A DNA stretch of 64,000 nucleotides, taken from contig JBBPEB010000007.1 in NCBI GenBank assembly GCA_039096225.1, positions 310,001 through 374,000 on the forward strand, in the 5' to 3' direction. A model generated the notes under the pieces. It did no database searches. It saw only the letters and a program-made list of their open reading frames with translations, and had not been told where the DNA came from. The stretch comes from Blastocystis sp. Blastoise. Lineage: Eukaryota; Protista; Bigyra: Opalinata. Below are positions 1-20,883 of the stretch, one piece after another. Position 1 is the stretch's first letter. Every line of letters begins with the position of its first letter. A program made the translations under genes and the position numbers.

Positions 1-35
<35 letters not shown>

Positions 36-77
36 CACTATTGTTATTCTCATCTCTTTAATAATATATATATATAG

Positions 78-883
78 ACGACAATGTATTATAAATGTTG
101 GCTCCATAAACTATACAATTCCTGCTGCATCTATTCAAGTATTTGCTATTATAATTCATTTATATATATATATCTTTTATATTTATTTATGAATATAATT
201 ATTATGTTTATTGTTATGATTATCATTTTTATATCGGAATTATTATCAAACTCAATATTATTATATTTATTATGATTATGATTATATTAATTATTGTATA
301 TTACATAACATATATATAAATAGATGATTTTCTCTCCTTTTGGTACTATTTTGAATTGTCGAATGATTGAAGATCCTGCTACTGGTCTGCATAAGGGCTA
401 TGGCTTTATCGAATTTGATAATCCAGAAAGTGCTAAGAAGGCTATCGATGTATATATATACTATTATTATATATATATTATTATTATTATTTTTACTAAA
501 TTTTTTTATGAATTATATATTTATATTTCTATATACAGAATTCTACTATATAATCTATATATTAATATATGTATATATAGGCTATGAATGGTGTCACTAT
601 TGAAGGTCGACCGATGAAAGTACGTTATGCTAATACTTGTATTCCTGGTAAGTGAATAAATATTATTATTAGTTGTTTTTTTTTTAAAATTTAATTTATT
701 TAGTACTATTTTTTTAGTTTATATTTTATATTATTATTCTTTTAATTTAATATATATATTATTAGTCTTTAAATTTTGTTTATATATTATTATTCTTTTA
801 ATATATTATATTATTATTCGTTTATTTCTTTAGGTCTTGGTGTTAATACTAATCTTATTAATAGTTATCAACAAATTATGTAA
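78..883 (+). CDS. RRM RNA-binding protein, PUF60/half-pint-like (5' end outside the window)
   Basis: Exons 78-138, 324-448, 581-647 and 834-883 join via GT-AG introns to give RQCIINVGSINYTIPAASIQMIFSPFGTILNCRMIEDPATGLHKGYGFIEFDNPESAKKAIDAMNGVTIEGRPMKVRYA...QQIM*. RNP1 is KGYGFIEF, and DP.TG.HKGYGFIE resembles PUF60 RRMs. Confidence 0.75.
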
Positions 884-1137
884 CTTTATTAAATTCACAT
901 TTTTCTGTTTTATTTTTTTTCTCGTTTATAATTTGATTTATAGGTTTTATTTTTAATCTATTTTTTAATGTTTTATATAAATTAACTAGATTAAAAAATA
1001 TAAATAACGAACTTATAGGATAAAAGAATAATATATATAGTCATACACTATTAGTATTATAAGTATAGAAAAAAACACAATATTAAATATATTTAAATAG
1101 AAGTTATTTTTTAAATAATAAGAATATAAATAATTTT

Positions 1138-7514
<6,377 letters not shown>

Positions 7515-8475
7515 TATATTTCAATTTGCTTAAGAAATGATGATTTATACCTTTTATGTAAAATAAATAAATATATGGAAACAAATGTCCATACATTTCT
7601 TTGGTGAAATGAATTCAATTTAAAAATCAAATATTTTCCAACCAAATGCGTGTTTTTGAGTTTTAATTACGAAAATATGGAGAAATGCTGGGAAAAATTT
7701 AAACTAATCTTGATTCATCGGTATTGGAGGCATAAAATAAGATGCGTCATTCTTAAAGAAAAGTTTCTACGAAATACTATAGAATTCTCTCTTTTGTTTT
7801 TTTTTTGTGAAAAAAAATAAATTGACAAATGATCACATTTAATATTTTAATGCATGGAAGAACAAGTTTATTAATCTGATAAGACTGGCTATTTTTGGTG
7901 TGAGAAGAAAATTCATGTAATTACACTAAGAGTCGCAATTAATTTTGTTGTTCATGTTGTTTTTCTAAGTCAAGTTATATGTATGCTTCTCTGATTCTTA
8001 GAGAAAGTCATAAATAATGGTTTCATAAATGTTTGATATTTATTTTACCAAAAAAAAAAAGAAAAAGTTAATAAAACAAATCAAACCCTATAGTTCAAGC
8101 AATGATGAATTGATTTAATGCAAAAAAAAAAAATGAATAGATCTGAAGAAGATGAAAAGAATAAAAGAAAAATAATATAAAAATAGATAATATATGATGA
8201 TTAAAAAAAAGTAAAAGGAAAAAGAAAGAAAAAAAGAATAGAGTACATGACAAAATGTGATAAAAAATAATATATAGAGGAGAAGATTACAAAAAATTAA
8301 ATACTCAAATTATAGCTTAAAATGAAAAGAATTTCATTAAAAATCAAATAGATATATATATTTGATGAAAAAAATGTAGAATAAAAAGAAAATAGAAAGA
8401 TTATATAACAAATATCAAAAAAAAAACGATGAATGAATAAATAATGATATAAATAAAAAAAAGTTATTTTTTAAA

Positions 8476-10327
8476 TTACATATTTGGTTCTTCAAATTTA
8501 TCCACAATAACAACAGCAACATCCATGACATTTGTGCCTGTAGGACCAGTAATAAGATGATTGTCTGGTAATTCTTTAAAATAATTATAACTATCTTTAT
8601 TAATAAAATATTGTTCTGCTACTAAATTTTTATCTTCTCCTTGTTTTATAGTAAATTCATCAACAACAGCTCCACAAGCATCATTCATTCCATCTTGACC
8701 ATCTGTTGAACTACTTAATAAAGTTATATCTATATATAAAAATAGAATATTTTATTTTTTAAAATTTAATTCAATAATTATTATTTTTTAAAGAAATAGT
8801 ATTAAATATATATAGATATATATACTTCTTTCATTTCTTAAGTCTAAAGCAGCTTTCAATGCTAATTCTTGATTTCTACCACCCATGCCATATATACGAC
8901 CTATATTCACTGTAGTCTCTCCTCCTATTTATATAATATTATTATATATAATATTATATATAATATTATTATATATAATATTATTATATATAATATTATT
9001 ATATATATTATTATATATATTATTATATATAATATTATTATATATATTATTATATATATATATTATTATTCTTTATATACCAACAATAATAGCAACAGGA
9101 GGTGATAATGGATGTTGACCACATTGAATCTGTTTAGCTAATTGAATTAATTTCTATATAATAATTATAATAATATAAAATAAATAAATAAATAATAATA
9201 AATAAAAATAATAAATAATAATAAATAATAATAAAAAAAAAAAAATAATAATAATTCTATATACAGCTCCCATTTCATGTGCTTCTCCTTCAAGTCCATC
9301 ATATAAAGTTAAAGGTGTATATCCTAATGATTTAGCTCGTATTCCTGCAGCTTCTAATGACTGATCATTATTCCCAATAATCTTTATTAAATTACTATAT
9401 ATAAATAATATATTATTATAATAAATTTTATTATAATTTCATTAAAATATATATATATATAGAATAACATAAAATCGATAACATACTGTCTAAAACATTT
9501 ATTATTAAATTTTGGTGTTTCTTCAATTAACCCCTTTATACCTTCACATATACGATCTTGTACTCTATATATATTGATTAATAATAATAAAAACAATAAA
9601 CCTAACAATAAACATAAAAAATAATAATAACAATAAAATCTATATACCTTTCAGGAATAGTAGTCCAAATATTATATTTTGTAAGTATATTATAACAATC
9701 ATAATATGTAGTTTTATCAGGAGAAGTGGGTCCAGAAGCAATAGAACTTTCATCATCATCTTTAACATCACTAATAAGAAGAGATATAATAGGAGCAGGA
9801 TAAGCAGCACAAGATAAACGACCTCCCTATATATATATATAACTATTATAATATTTTTTTTTAAATACAAAATAATTAACAACATTATATTCTTGGATTA
9901 TTGAAAGAATAAAATAAATAATAAATAGTGTATATTGTATATTTTGAAAAGAATAAAACAAACATAATAATAATTAAAAAAAAATAATAAATATATACTT
10001 TAATATCTGATAAATGTTTACGAACGCTATTAATTTCTTTAATATCAGCACCAGATTCATATAACATCTTTGTAGTATTCTGTATATCACTTAAAGTAAG
10101 AGGATCCGCAGGATAACATAATAAAGAACTACCTCCTCCACTTAATAAACTTAATACTAACGTATCTTTTCCTAAATGACTCACTTTCTCTATTATTTTC
10201 TTAGAACCTATTACACCTATATATATTTTTATATATTTTCTAGTATATCATTTAATTATTATAAAACAATACATAATTATTTAAATAAAAAAAATATAAA
10301 AATAAAACATAAATAATTATTAAACTA

Positions 10328-10361
<34 letters not shown>

Positions 10362-10731
10362 AAATACTATTTTGATCTGGAACAGGATATGCAGCTTCTG
10401 TTAACATAATATGTGGGAACGTAGCTCCTTTTGAATATGTGTATTTCGTAACAACTTGTCCATCAATAATCTTATCATTAAAGAAATGCTGAGAAGCTTG
10501 AACCATAGGTAAAGCACCCTTTCCTGCTCCAACAACAACAACTTTTGAATAATCTCTTGCATGTTTTCCATCAATTACACATTGATCACTATTCAAGAAA
10601 CTAAAAACAGAACTATATGGATCTGCTCGCTTCAATGCATCATTAAAGATTTGTAGAGCAGCAGCTCTTCTAGCCACACTAGTAGAAAATGATCGAATCA
10701 TAGATTTATTCAAAGAAACAAAACCACGCAT
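8476..10731 (-). CDS. GLYCTK: Glycerate kinase (class II, GLYCTK/TtuD/MOFRL family) with probable mitochondrial presequence, 7 introns
   Basis: Motifs VVVVGAGKGA, LLSGGGSSL, INSVRKHLSDIKGGRL, LISDV...IASGPT, GGETTV...GGRNQEL, STDGQDG and LITGPTGTNVMD. The N-terminus MRGFVSLNKSMIRSFSTSVARR is rich in R/S and has no acidic residues. Confidence 0.92.
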
Positions 10732-11324
10732 TCTCTGAAATTCATATAAATAACGTATAAAAATGAAAAACAAAAAAAAAACAAAATGAATTCATATAGA
10801 AACAACGTAGAATTCTGTTTATCAAATATTTTATTTCGAATTCTTTTACAAAGTATACCGTCATCATTCAGATTTCCCAGAAAAATGAAAAGAATGATGG
10901 AAACAATTGAAGAAAGAGAAACGGCTGTTTTTTATATCCTTTTAACCATCCTTTGTTATACTGATGATTCTATTTATTTTTACATATGAAATATAGTCAT
11001 TATGCTATTAACATGAGTAACTCTATTTAAAGGTAGTTTGAATTTATTAATTGACAATGAATAACGACATTTCATCCAATTTTAATATATTCATTTTTCT
11101 TTATGAATATAAAAGAAACTAGATTATTAAAATAATATATATAATACGTCTTCCCCATAGTTGAGATATTTTTATGAAGAAAATAAAAAATAATATTTAA
11201 TTGTGTTTTTCCATACATTCTGATTCTTTCAGTTGAATTCAGCAAAATTCACATAAAACGGTAGATTTCTTCATTCTTTCTTTTTTTGCTCCTTAAGGAG
11301 TGGTCATTCATAACTAACTTTAAA

Positions 11325-13919
11325 ATGGGGTACCGATTTATTGTTCTTACGCAGTGGATTATTATTATTGGATTGATTTTCTGTTTATGTTACGAATCAT
11401 TTTGTCTAATGTCGATTTCTTCACCTTTTCTAAATTTTAATATATCAAAATTCTCGTTCAATACTGTAAGAAAATTAAATGAATGATCAATTATATAATT
11501 GCTATTTGTTTATAGGAAGATTCTTTGTCATTTCAAGACAATTTCAATTTTGGAGATGATACTAATGGAATAAAGTCTGGAAGAAAACTGAAGTCTTCTG
11601 AACAAGTATGTATTTATTAAACACTTCGTTGTATAAGTATTTTTTAATAGGAAAATAGTGAAAATGTGAATAACATAAGAAATGTAAAAAGTATGTTGAG
11701 AAAATCATATATTTTATTTTATATGTATAGCTTCTTCTGATGTTAGAGATTCTTTAGATGATTTTTATTCTATTGATTTTCAAAAATCAAATTGGTTGGA
11801 TAATTATGAGCATATTCGTCAACAACACGATTCTTTATTTTCGTATATTTTTAATTTATATTAGTTAATATAATAATTCTATTTTTTGAGATATTTATTT
11901 TTGTTTTAATATATATATATTATAGAACATATCCTGAAGAATATAATGGAAAAGATAATTATAAACGTCCTAGCGCTACTTATAAGTATATTATTATCTT
12001 ACTAGATATATATTATTTAATGTATATATAGGTATTCTAAATTATCTGTATATAATCATAATTATATATCATGGTTTATTGCTTATAATGTTCGATTTAA
12101 TATAATTACTCGTACAATTACATTTTTTACGGAGAACAATCAACTGAACAATTTTGAACAACTTCATTTACGTAAGTTATTATTATTATATTTGTATATA
12201 TTATTATTTTTATTTATATTATTTATTATTAATTTTATTTATATTGTTTATTATTATTTTTGTTTATTATTATTTTTATTTATATTATTTATTATTATTT
12301 TATAGTATTATTTTTATATAAAGTGTATTTTAATATATAAATATAAATTTATAATTTATAAATATATATATATATATATAGCTCAATATAGAGCATGGAA
12401 TGAATGGAATAATTTTCAATTAACTCAACAACCATTTCCAAATGATGTAAATATAACCGCGGGAAAAGGAGTCTTTTTAGTCAATCCATCTCATGCGGAA
12501 TGTATAGCACATATGCCTGAAGCTATTAATACTGTTATTCATTATATATATAAACCGAATGAATATCCAGAGGTATATAACTAAATTATATATATATAAT
12601 TTATTCAAATTTTAATATTATTTATATATTTATTGTTATATAATTTATTCAAATCTTATATTTATTGTTTTTTATTATTTATATATCTCATATATATCTC
12701 ATATATATATTTATATATATATAGATGAATCAAATATATTTTTTACGTAAATGTTATGGAAATGAATGGAGAGATAAATATATAGATATTATTCATCACG
12801 TGTTCACACCTTCTCATCCAATATTTATTGATTGTCAGCACGTGCTTTTAGAAATGAATAATAATGATCCTGTTTTCTATTTTAAACAAATTGTAAGCTT
12901 TATTGTTGTTATTATTTGTTATTATTTGCTATATTTATTATTTATTATTATAGTTATATAATAATAATTATTATTATTAACCATATTATATATATATATA
13001 TAGGGTGTATTAGGGTTAATGCGTCATCGTGGTTTTGGCGGTCTTTTTAGTACAAAAGAAGAGGCAAATTATTTAAGAGCAACTACATATAAATTATATA
13101 ATTATTCAACTTTTTCTAAATACAGTATATAGTTTATATCATTATTAATATTATAGATATTTATCTTTTTTGTATTATTAATAATAATTATATAATATAT
13201 AGATGGTAAATTATCTGTTCGTATATTGTCACGTGCAAAACAAGATTATCAGAATAATATCATGCGTAATATTAATAATATTGATGAAGTTATGACTACA
13301 ATTCATTCTGTTGTATATATATATGTTAACATAACAATATATATTATGTATTTAAATATTAAACACAACTATATATATATATATTTAAAAATAACAATAT
13401 ATAATATATATTTTAAACAAAAGAAAACTATATATATATTTAAAAAAAACTATATATATATTTAAAAAATAACTATATATATATATTATTCTCTAGAATT
13501 TATATAATGCATGGAATTTGACATTAGAATCTTATCCTTTTAAAAAGCAATTAGATATTATTATATCTACTGATATACTTATAGGTATAACAGGTAGTGG
13601 ATTTGTGAATAGTATATTTATGTTACCTTATAGTAGTATTATAGCTATATATCCTAAATATACTAAATATCCATTCTTTTCATTATTGTCTCAACAAACA
13701 CAAATACAATATTATCCTATATTTGATTACGATAATACTATTTCTGATTGTTCAAATGATTTTTCATTAGATTTAGAAGGATTACAAAAAAATAAAGATT
13801 GTAGAAAAAAAGGTGAAATGAACTTTTATTATACTAATCCAAATATTAATATATATCATCTTATGTGGACATTAGAAATTGCTTCCAATTTTGTAAAATT
13901 AAATAAATATAATTTATAA
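11325..13919 (+). CDS. Type II membrane glycosyltransferase family 61-like protein, 10 introns
   Basis: N-terminal hydrophobic anchor (FIVLTQWIIIIGLIFCLCY), CIAHMPE, SVRILSR...MRNINNIDEV, and LESYPFKKQLDIIISTDILIGITGSGFVNSIFMLPYS, which matches the GT61 'Q...dvligxHGAGlxN..fm' motif. All junctions are GT-AG and in frame. Confidence 0.75.
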
Positions 13920-15345
13920 TTATATTTATGTAATTTATCATTTTTTTTTTATCATTTTTATCACATTTTTTAACATTTTTTTTTATCACATTTATTATTA
14001 TATATTATTAATTTAAAATCTATATATATTCTCTCTTATTCTTATATAAAAATATTTTATTAATTCAAGTATATATATATATGTTTGTTACATTCTATTT
14101 TTTTTTAATATTTATTTTTTTATTAATATTATTTATTGTTATTTAACTATTTGTATATACTATTTTATTATTTTATTGTTTTTCACTATCTCTTTATTAA
14201 TATCTATTATTTAACATATATATATATATATTTATTTCATACATTTCATTATTTTTTTTCTTTTCGATTTTTCATTGTCATTCATTTCATTTTAATTTTC
14301 ATTAATTTCATTTTAATTTTCATTAATTTCTTTTTTAATTTTCATTAATTTCATTTTTTTTTATTACTTCACTTCACTCTCTTTTATTATTTTTTTTTTA
14401 TTTCTACTATTTTTATTTACAATTTTTTTTTCATTTTTTATGTATTGATTAGTCAATTATTTACCATTCATTTTTTCATATTCATTATTTATTTGATATA
14501 TATCTCTATATGTATATATATATTTTTTTTTCTTCATATTTAAATTCTTTTGTTTTATAAATTTGTTATCGAAATTATGTTTTTTTTTTTTAATTCAATT
14601 ATATACTTATTTTAATCTATATTTTATGTATATACGCATTATATACATATTATCTCCTATTCCATATTTTATTTTAGTTTATAATGTCACATATGGAATA
14701 ATCTATATTATTTCTGTTATTTATCTATGTATATATATTTATACTTATATTTTTTGTTGTTGAAAAGAGACAATTTGTTTCTTGTTTTCATTAGTATTAT
14801 CATCATTTTATTAAAAATAAATAAATACTTATAGATTCTTCTTAGATTATTTTTTATTCATTAATATATATTATATTATTATATTTATATATCTATAAAT
14901 ATTTTTTTCTTGTTATCATTCATTATATATCGTTAATTTGTTCAGTATTTAAATATAATTGTTTTCAGTTACTAAATAAGATTATCTACTTTTTTTATCA
15001 TCATCTACTATCAGATATTTACGAATTCACATGTAAATTATATTCTGTATATATCTTCAATTAATATATTTTTTTAAAATTTAATTCAAATTGTCTTAGT
15101 TATGAATTAAGGATAGATATAAATGAAATACATTTTGGGATCAATTCATTTATAAAAATGTATTGTTTGAAACAAAAATGATAACTAAAAGAATAGTATA
15201 AAAAGAGTATTAAAGATTATTGATGACTATACTATAAACATCACAAAAAAAAGTACAATTTCTTATAAAGTCATTTTGATATATATATATTATATGTAAA
15301 TATTTAAAAATAAAAGAGTATGAAAAATTTATAAATATAATTTGT

Positions 15346-15649
15346 TTAATTAGTTGCAGCAAGTCTTGCTAATTTATTATTTAATAAATTATAGAAATCG
15401 GAACAGAAATTATCATGATTAGCTTTAACAATAACATTTAATGTCTTAGAAACTCTTTCAATAATCATATCAGCTAAAACATAATCACTTGATTCACCAT
15501 CTTGTCCATAGAAATGATATTTAATAGTTTTATCAATAGTAGAAGAAGAAGAACAATAAATATCACTCTTCTTTAACATTTCTTCTAATTTACCTTCTTT
15601 GGGTACACCACGAATCTTTAAGGTAAATGTCTATATATATATATTATAG

Positions 15650-15727
<78 letters not shown>

Positions 15728-16111
15728 TACTTGTGTTTCAGAAGCACCACTCCATTTTTGTTGATAAGTAAATTGATCAAGAGAATCAGGAGAAGTAAGA
15801 GATAATTCATGATTATATTTATTATCTTCACTATCTTCACCAGAAGCAGAAGAAGCAGAAGGTTTACTAGTAGCATTTACCTTCTATATATATATATATA
15901 TAATATTAATAAGAATAATAATATAATACAAATAGAAATATACCTTAGTTGATTTTCTACAACAGCAACAACAGAAACATAATACAATTAAAACAAGAAT
16001 AAACATAGCTACAACACCAATAATAAGACCAGGAATAAAAGAATAAGTCTTTGTAAATAATCCTATTATATAATCCATACCAGATAAACCAGAACTATAT
16101 ATATATTAAGT

Positions 16112-16177
<66 letters not shown>

Positions 16178-17306
16178 TATATACAGATCTTCACAAACAT
16201 TAGTATTTGTACTAATTTCACCAACAACAAGAACAAAAGTGGCCATAGAACTGTCTCCATATAAACTATGAATAACAATACTAACTACATTAACACCTAT
16301 ATATATATATATATTATTAAAATAAAAATAATTAATAAAAAAATAAATAATTAATAAAATAATTAATAAAAAAATAATTAATATAATAATAATATATACC
16401 AATTTGAGCTTTAGCAGGATTTAATTTATAATTAACAGAAACACCAGAATAAGGAACTTGAACAGGCATTGTATCCAACTATATATATATATAACAGTTA
16501 AAAAAAATAATAAAAAATAATAAAAAATAATAAATAATAATAATAATAAAAAATAATAAATAAATAATAATAATAGAAAAAATATATATATACTTCAAAC
16601 CAGTCATAATTATCACCAAATTTTTGTACAGTATATAAATACATATCATGATCAGAAGTGCTAGCACTAACTTTAATAGATCCACTTACAGGAGTATCTT
16701 CAAGAGAAGTAACAGTTTCAACAATAGTATTAGGAGTAATAATAACATCACTGTTACAATGATAGACAGATTGCCATTTAATACCATAAGATTGATCTAG
16801 TTTACTTGTATATATACCAGAATATAAAGAACTTGAAGGATTTTCAACTAATTCTTTTAATCTTAATACTATATCATAACCTGATAAAATACCAGTAGAA
16901 GAAGGATTAATATCAATAGATATAGTTAAAGGAGAAGCTATTATAAATACACTAGTAAAATGAGAAGGAGCTACAGTCACAGAAGTAGCTATATCTTTAC
17001 TATATATATATTATTATTATTATTATATATTATTATATATATATTATTATTATTCTATATTATTATATATATATTATTATTATTCTATATTATTATATAT
17101 ATACATGACTTGATTAGAAAATTCTCTCTTTTTTTCAGGTGTAGAAATATCAACAGTAGTTGTGAACTTTAATAAGAATCTATAGACATTTTTCTCAACA
17201 GTACATAATCCTTTAGAATCAACTTCAAATCCATTAAAACAAGAACATAATTTACTTTCATCATCACATACACCAAATATACAATCCTTTGTACACTTAG
17301 GTTTAG

Positions 17307-17369
<63 letters not shown>

Positions 17370-19735
17370 TATTATATATTATTATTTTAGTATATAAAGA
17401 ATAATAGTTAATAAGATTTACAAAAAAAAAAAATAAATAAAAAAAAAAAATAAACAAATAATCATAATATACCAATGTCAATAATGTGTTTAGTGGATTC
17501 AATAGTATTAGTCATAGCTTTTCCTTGTTGATTTTGACCATAACAATACATATCATGAGTACCTACTGCTACATCTTCAATAATAAGATCTTTTAATGTA
17601 GATGCTTCAATAGATATAACATGATTTTGTTCTTTAATAAGAGCAGCAGTAGGAGTAGAAGCAGTAGTATCAAATATACCACACCAAATAGAACCTACTA
17701 CATTTAATGTCATAGGAACAGTAACTATTTGACCATTGACTGTAGGATCTCCTATTACTAAAGTGACATCAATACCTATATATATATATTAATATTATTA
17801 ATATAGAATATTAAAAACAATATAATTAAATAAATATTTAAAATAAAAATATATAATAAAGCCTAAGCATAAAAATATATACCTCCAGAAGTAGTAATAG
17901 TTTTTTTAATACTTTCAAGAGTTGTTTTCATAGGTACATTATCTGTATTTTCACCATAACAATAAATATCATATTCATTACCTTCTTCTAATCCTTCAAT
18001 AGTAATAGAAGTAACATTATTAGCAGTAACTTCACTATGATATAAAGATTGACGTATATACATAGTATCAGGAGTAGTAGCAGATACAGCAGTATTACGA
18101 CACCAAACTATACCATTGGTTGAAAGAGTAACGGCGCATGTGACACTAGTTTTAGTAGGTTCTTCAGTAGTAAATGAAAGAGTAGGACCTTCTGGAGGAG
18201 CTATATATATATAGTATATTGTTAATTATTATATATATATTATATATATTTAGTATAAAAAATAATAAAATAATAAATATAAAAATATATTAAATAAAAC
18301 AATAATAAAAATAAAAAAGAATTTTAATAAATATAAAAAATAACTCAATATATATATATACGTTCAGATGTGGTGAATGTTTTCATAGTAGAAGCAATAG
18401 TATTAGTCATAGGATCTTGTTCATTATCTTCAGCATAACACCATGAATGATACTCAGTAGAAGCAGTTAATAAAGATAAAGTAATAGTAGAAGTTGTATT
18501 TTTAAGTATACTTGTACCTGTTTGACCTTGTTTAATAGTAATAGCAGTAGGTTCAGTAGAAGTAGTAGAAGCATAACACCATACTTTACCATCTTCAGTA
18601 GAAATTACTTTTATAGCAACACTTGTAGAAGAAGGAGTAACACTTTCAACAGTTAAAGTAACATCTATATATAATATATTTATAAAATTATTATCATTAT
18701 TATTTTATTTATAATAAAATACTGTAAAATTTATAATTTATAATTATGATAAAAAAATGTATAAAAATATATATAAAAAATGTATAAAAAAATGTATAAA
18801 AATAATTAGCAATAAAAAACAATAATAATAAAATACATTAAACCATAAATACATTAAACAATAAAAAAAAATAAAAAAATATATATACCAGGAAGACCAG
18901 GAGTAGTACTAGTATGTTTAGTATTTTCAATAGTATTTGTCATAGGAACACCATCACTATCTATAGCATAACAATAAACATCATAAGTAGTTGAATCTTT
19001 AAGATCATTAATATGAATAGAAATAGCTTCAGATAATTTTAATTCTCCAGTTGAATTAGAAGCTAATAAAGCTTCAGAAGTAGGAATTTCACTATTTTCA
19101 GTTAAAGCTACACAATAAGCAGTACCTACTTTGTTAGTACTTATACTTACAGCAATATATTTCTTATAAGGAGTTACATTAATAATATCAATAGTCAAAC
19201 CAGTAGCAGCTATAATATAAATTAGAATATAAATAAATTATATTAAAAAATTAAAATAAAAAAATAATAATAAATAATATTTAAAAAAAAATTTAAAAAA
19301 AAATTAAAAAAAATAACAACAACAAACATACCAGCTTTTGTAGCAATTGTATGCTTACTATCTTCAATAGATAAAGAAGAAGCAGCATCTTCAAGATTAG
19401 TAGCATAATAATAAACAGCATAAGTAGTATTTGATTCAAGAGAAGAAATAGAAATAGTCATTTCGGTAGTAGCAGTAGCATTAACTTTAACTCCAGAACT
19501 CTTCATAGTTTCGACACTAGGTACAGAAGCACTTGTTAATTGTGCTAAAGCCCAAATGAAACCTTCTTCAGATAACGTAGCCTTTGCTTCAATAGAAGAA
19601 GTTGTTGAAGTAACAGATTCATTAATAGTAAGAGTTGGTTCTATAAAAAACAATAATAATCGATGAACAATGAACTTGAATACCTGAAAGAGCAAAAGCG
19701 ATCAAAAACGCTAATAAAATAAATATTTGTTTCAT
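15346..19735 (-). CDS. Single-pass surface protein: signal peptide, 5 FN3-like repeats, EGF, SEA-like region, TM, and a cytoplasmic beta-adaptin-appendage-like domain; 12 introns
   Basis: Signal MKQIFILLAFLIAFALS. Five ~100-aa repeats (G.vWC....s..Pt......L...t.Y..YCYa.d....M.ntie..k). EGF CTKDCIFGVCDDESKLCSCFNGFEVDSKGLC. TM FIPGLIIGVVAMFILVLIVLCFCCCCC. All junctions are GT-AG and in frame. Confidence 0.8.
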
Positions 19736-20440
19736 CTTTTATATCAAAAAAACAATTTTTATTATTGATTATTTACAGAATAAACAAATTATAAATTACA
19801 AAAATGAAAAAGAACAACCTTCATAAAAACGTATCTAAGCGAGAAATTCATGAGAATTTTAGAAAAATACCAAATATCCATGATTCTTCCGTAAATAAAA
19901 AAATGATATAAAATAAACACGGGGATTTAACAAAGAACCTCTCGAAATCGAAAATCACGAACAAGTTCTGTTTGTATAGTGATTGATGAACACAATATTG
20001 ATTAGTATACTTAACTGTAAAATGACTGAACAGAAATTTCAGATAAACAGAGATTTTTATTGTTTTTCTTTGTATTTGATCTTCTTTCCTTATATATTTA
20101 CATGAATTCTAATCACTATGATGTTTGTCATCACCAAAAAAAATATTTTTTTTTGATTTAAGGAAATAGCCAGTTGACAAATAGAGTATTTGACGGCGTT
20201 ATTGCTCAGTTTCAAATCAAATAATACTATATGATCGATTTATAACTTGAAAATTATTATTCTGTGATAAAAAAAAAACTAGATATGCGTGAAAATGTGA
20301 TAGTTTTAATAAAGAATAAGCTTATAAAAATTCAACAAGAGATAAATAAGAATAAGGAAAATGAATTAGAATATATATAAATATTAAATTAAATGAATTA
20401 AAAAAATATATAACAAGAATTTTAGATAAAATAATGGCTA

Positions 20441-20825
20441 TTAAGCTTTAGTAATCTTGACTCCTTTAGAAACAAGTTCTTCAGGAAGTTTATCAAGAGG
20501 AATAGTGAATTCTTCATGAGTTTCAAGGTTTTTAAGATTGACAACTTTATTTTTCATTTCTTCTTCACCAACAATAACAACCCAATTAATACCTTTTTCT
20601 AAAGCATAAGCAAGTTGTTTAGGTAATTTAGGATTTTCAGAATATTGGAATTCAGCAGAAATATTATTTTTCCATAAAAGAGAAGCAACAGACATTCTAC
20701 TTGTTGTCATATTCTATAAATTAATTAATTTATTATTAATATTAATATTATTAGTTTATATATATATTCATACATTACCAGCAGAAGCTACAAATACTTG
20801 ACAAGGAGTACATTTAAATCCACCA

Positions 20826-20883
<58 letters not shown>

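Noticed and set aside
14082-14089. TGTTTGTT motif and polyadenylation-created stop codons as described in Blastocystis
   Set aside because: Every gene 3' end in the window has a genomically encoded stop. This copy lies about 160 bp past the GT61 stop and at most marks a poly(A) site.
11325-19735. GT61 (EOGT-like) enzyme next to an EGF-containing protein as an enzyme-substrate pair
   Set aside because: The EGF C5-C6 loop (CFNGFEVDSKGLC) lacks the C-x-x-G-(Y/F)-(T/S)-G acceptor consensus, and adjacency alone is not evidence in a eukaryote.
19966-20035. TTCTGT...TGATGA...CTGA-ACAGAA snoRNA-like arrangement
   Set aside because: The box C candidate is too far from the stem and no guide was recognised. 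It lies in a probable promoter.
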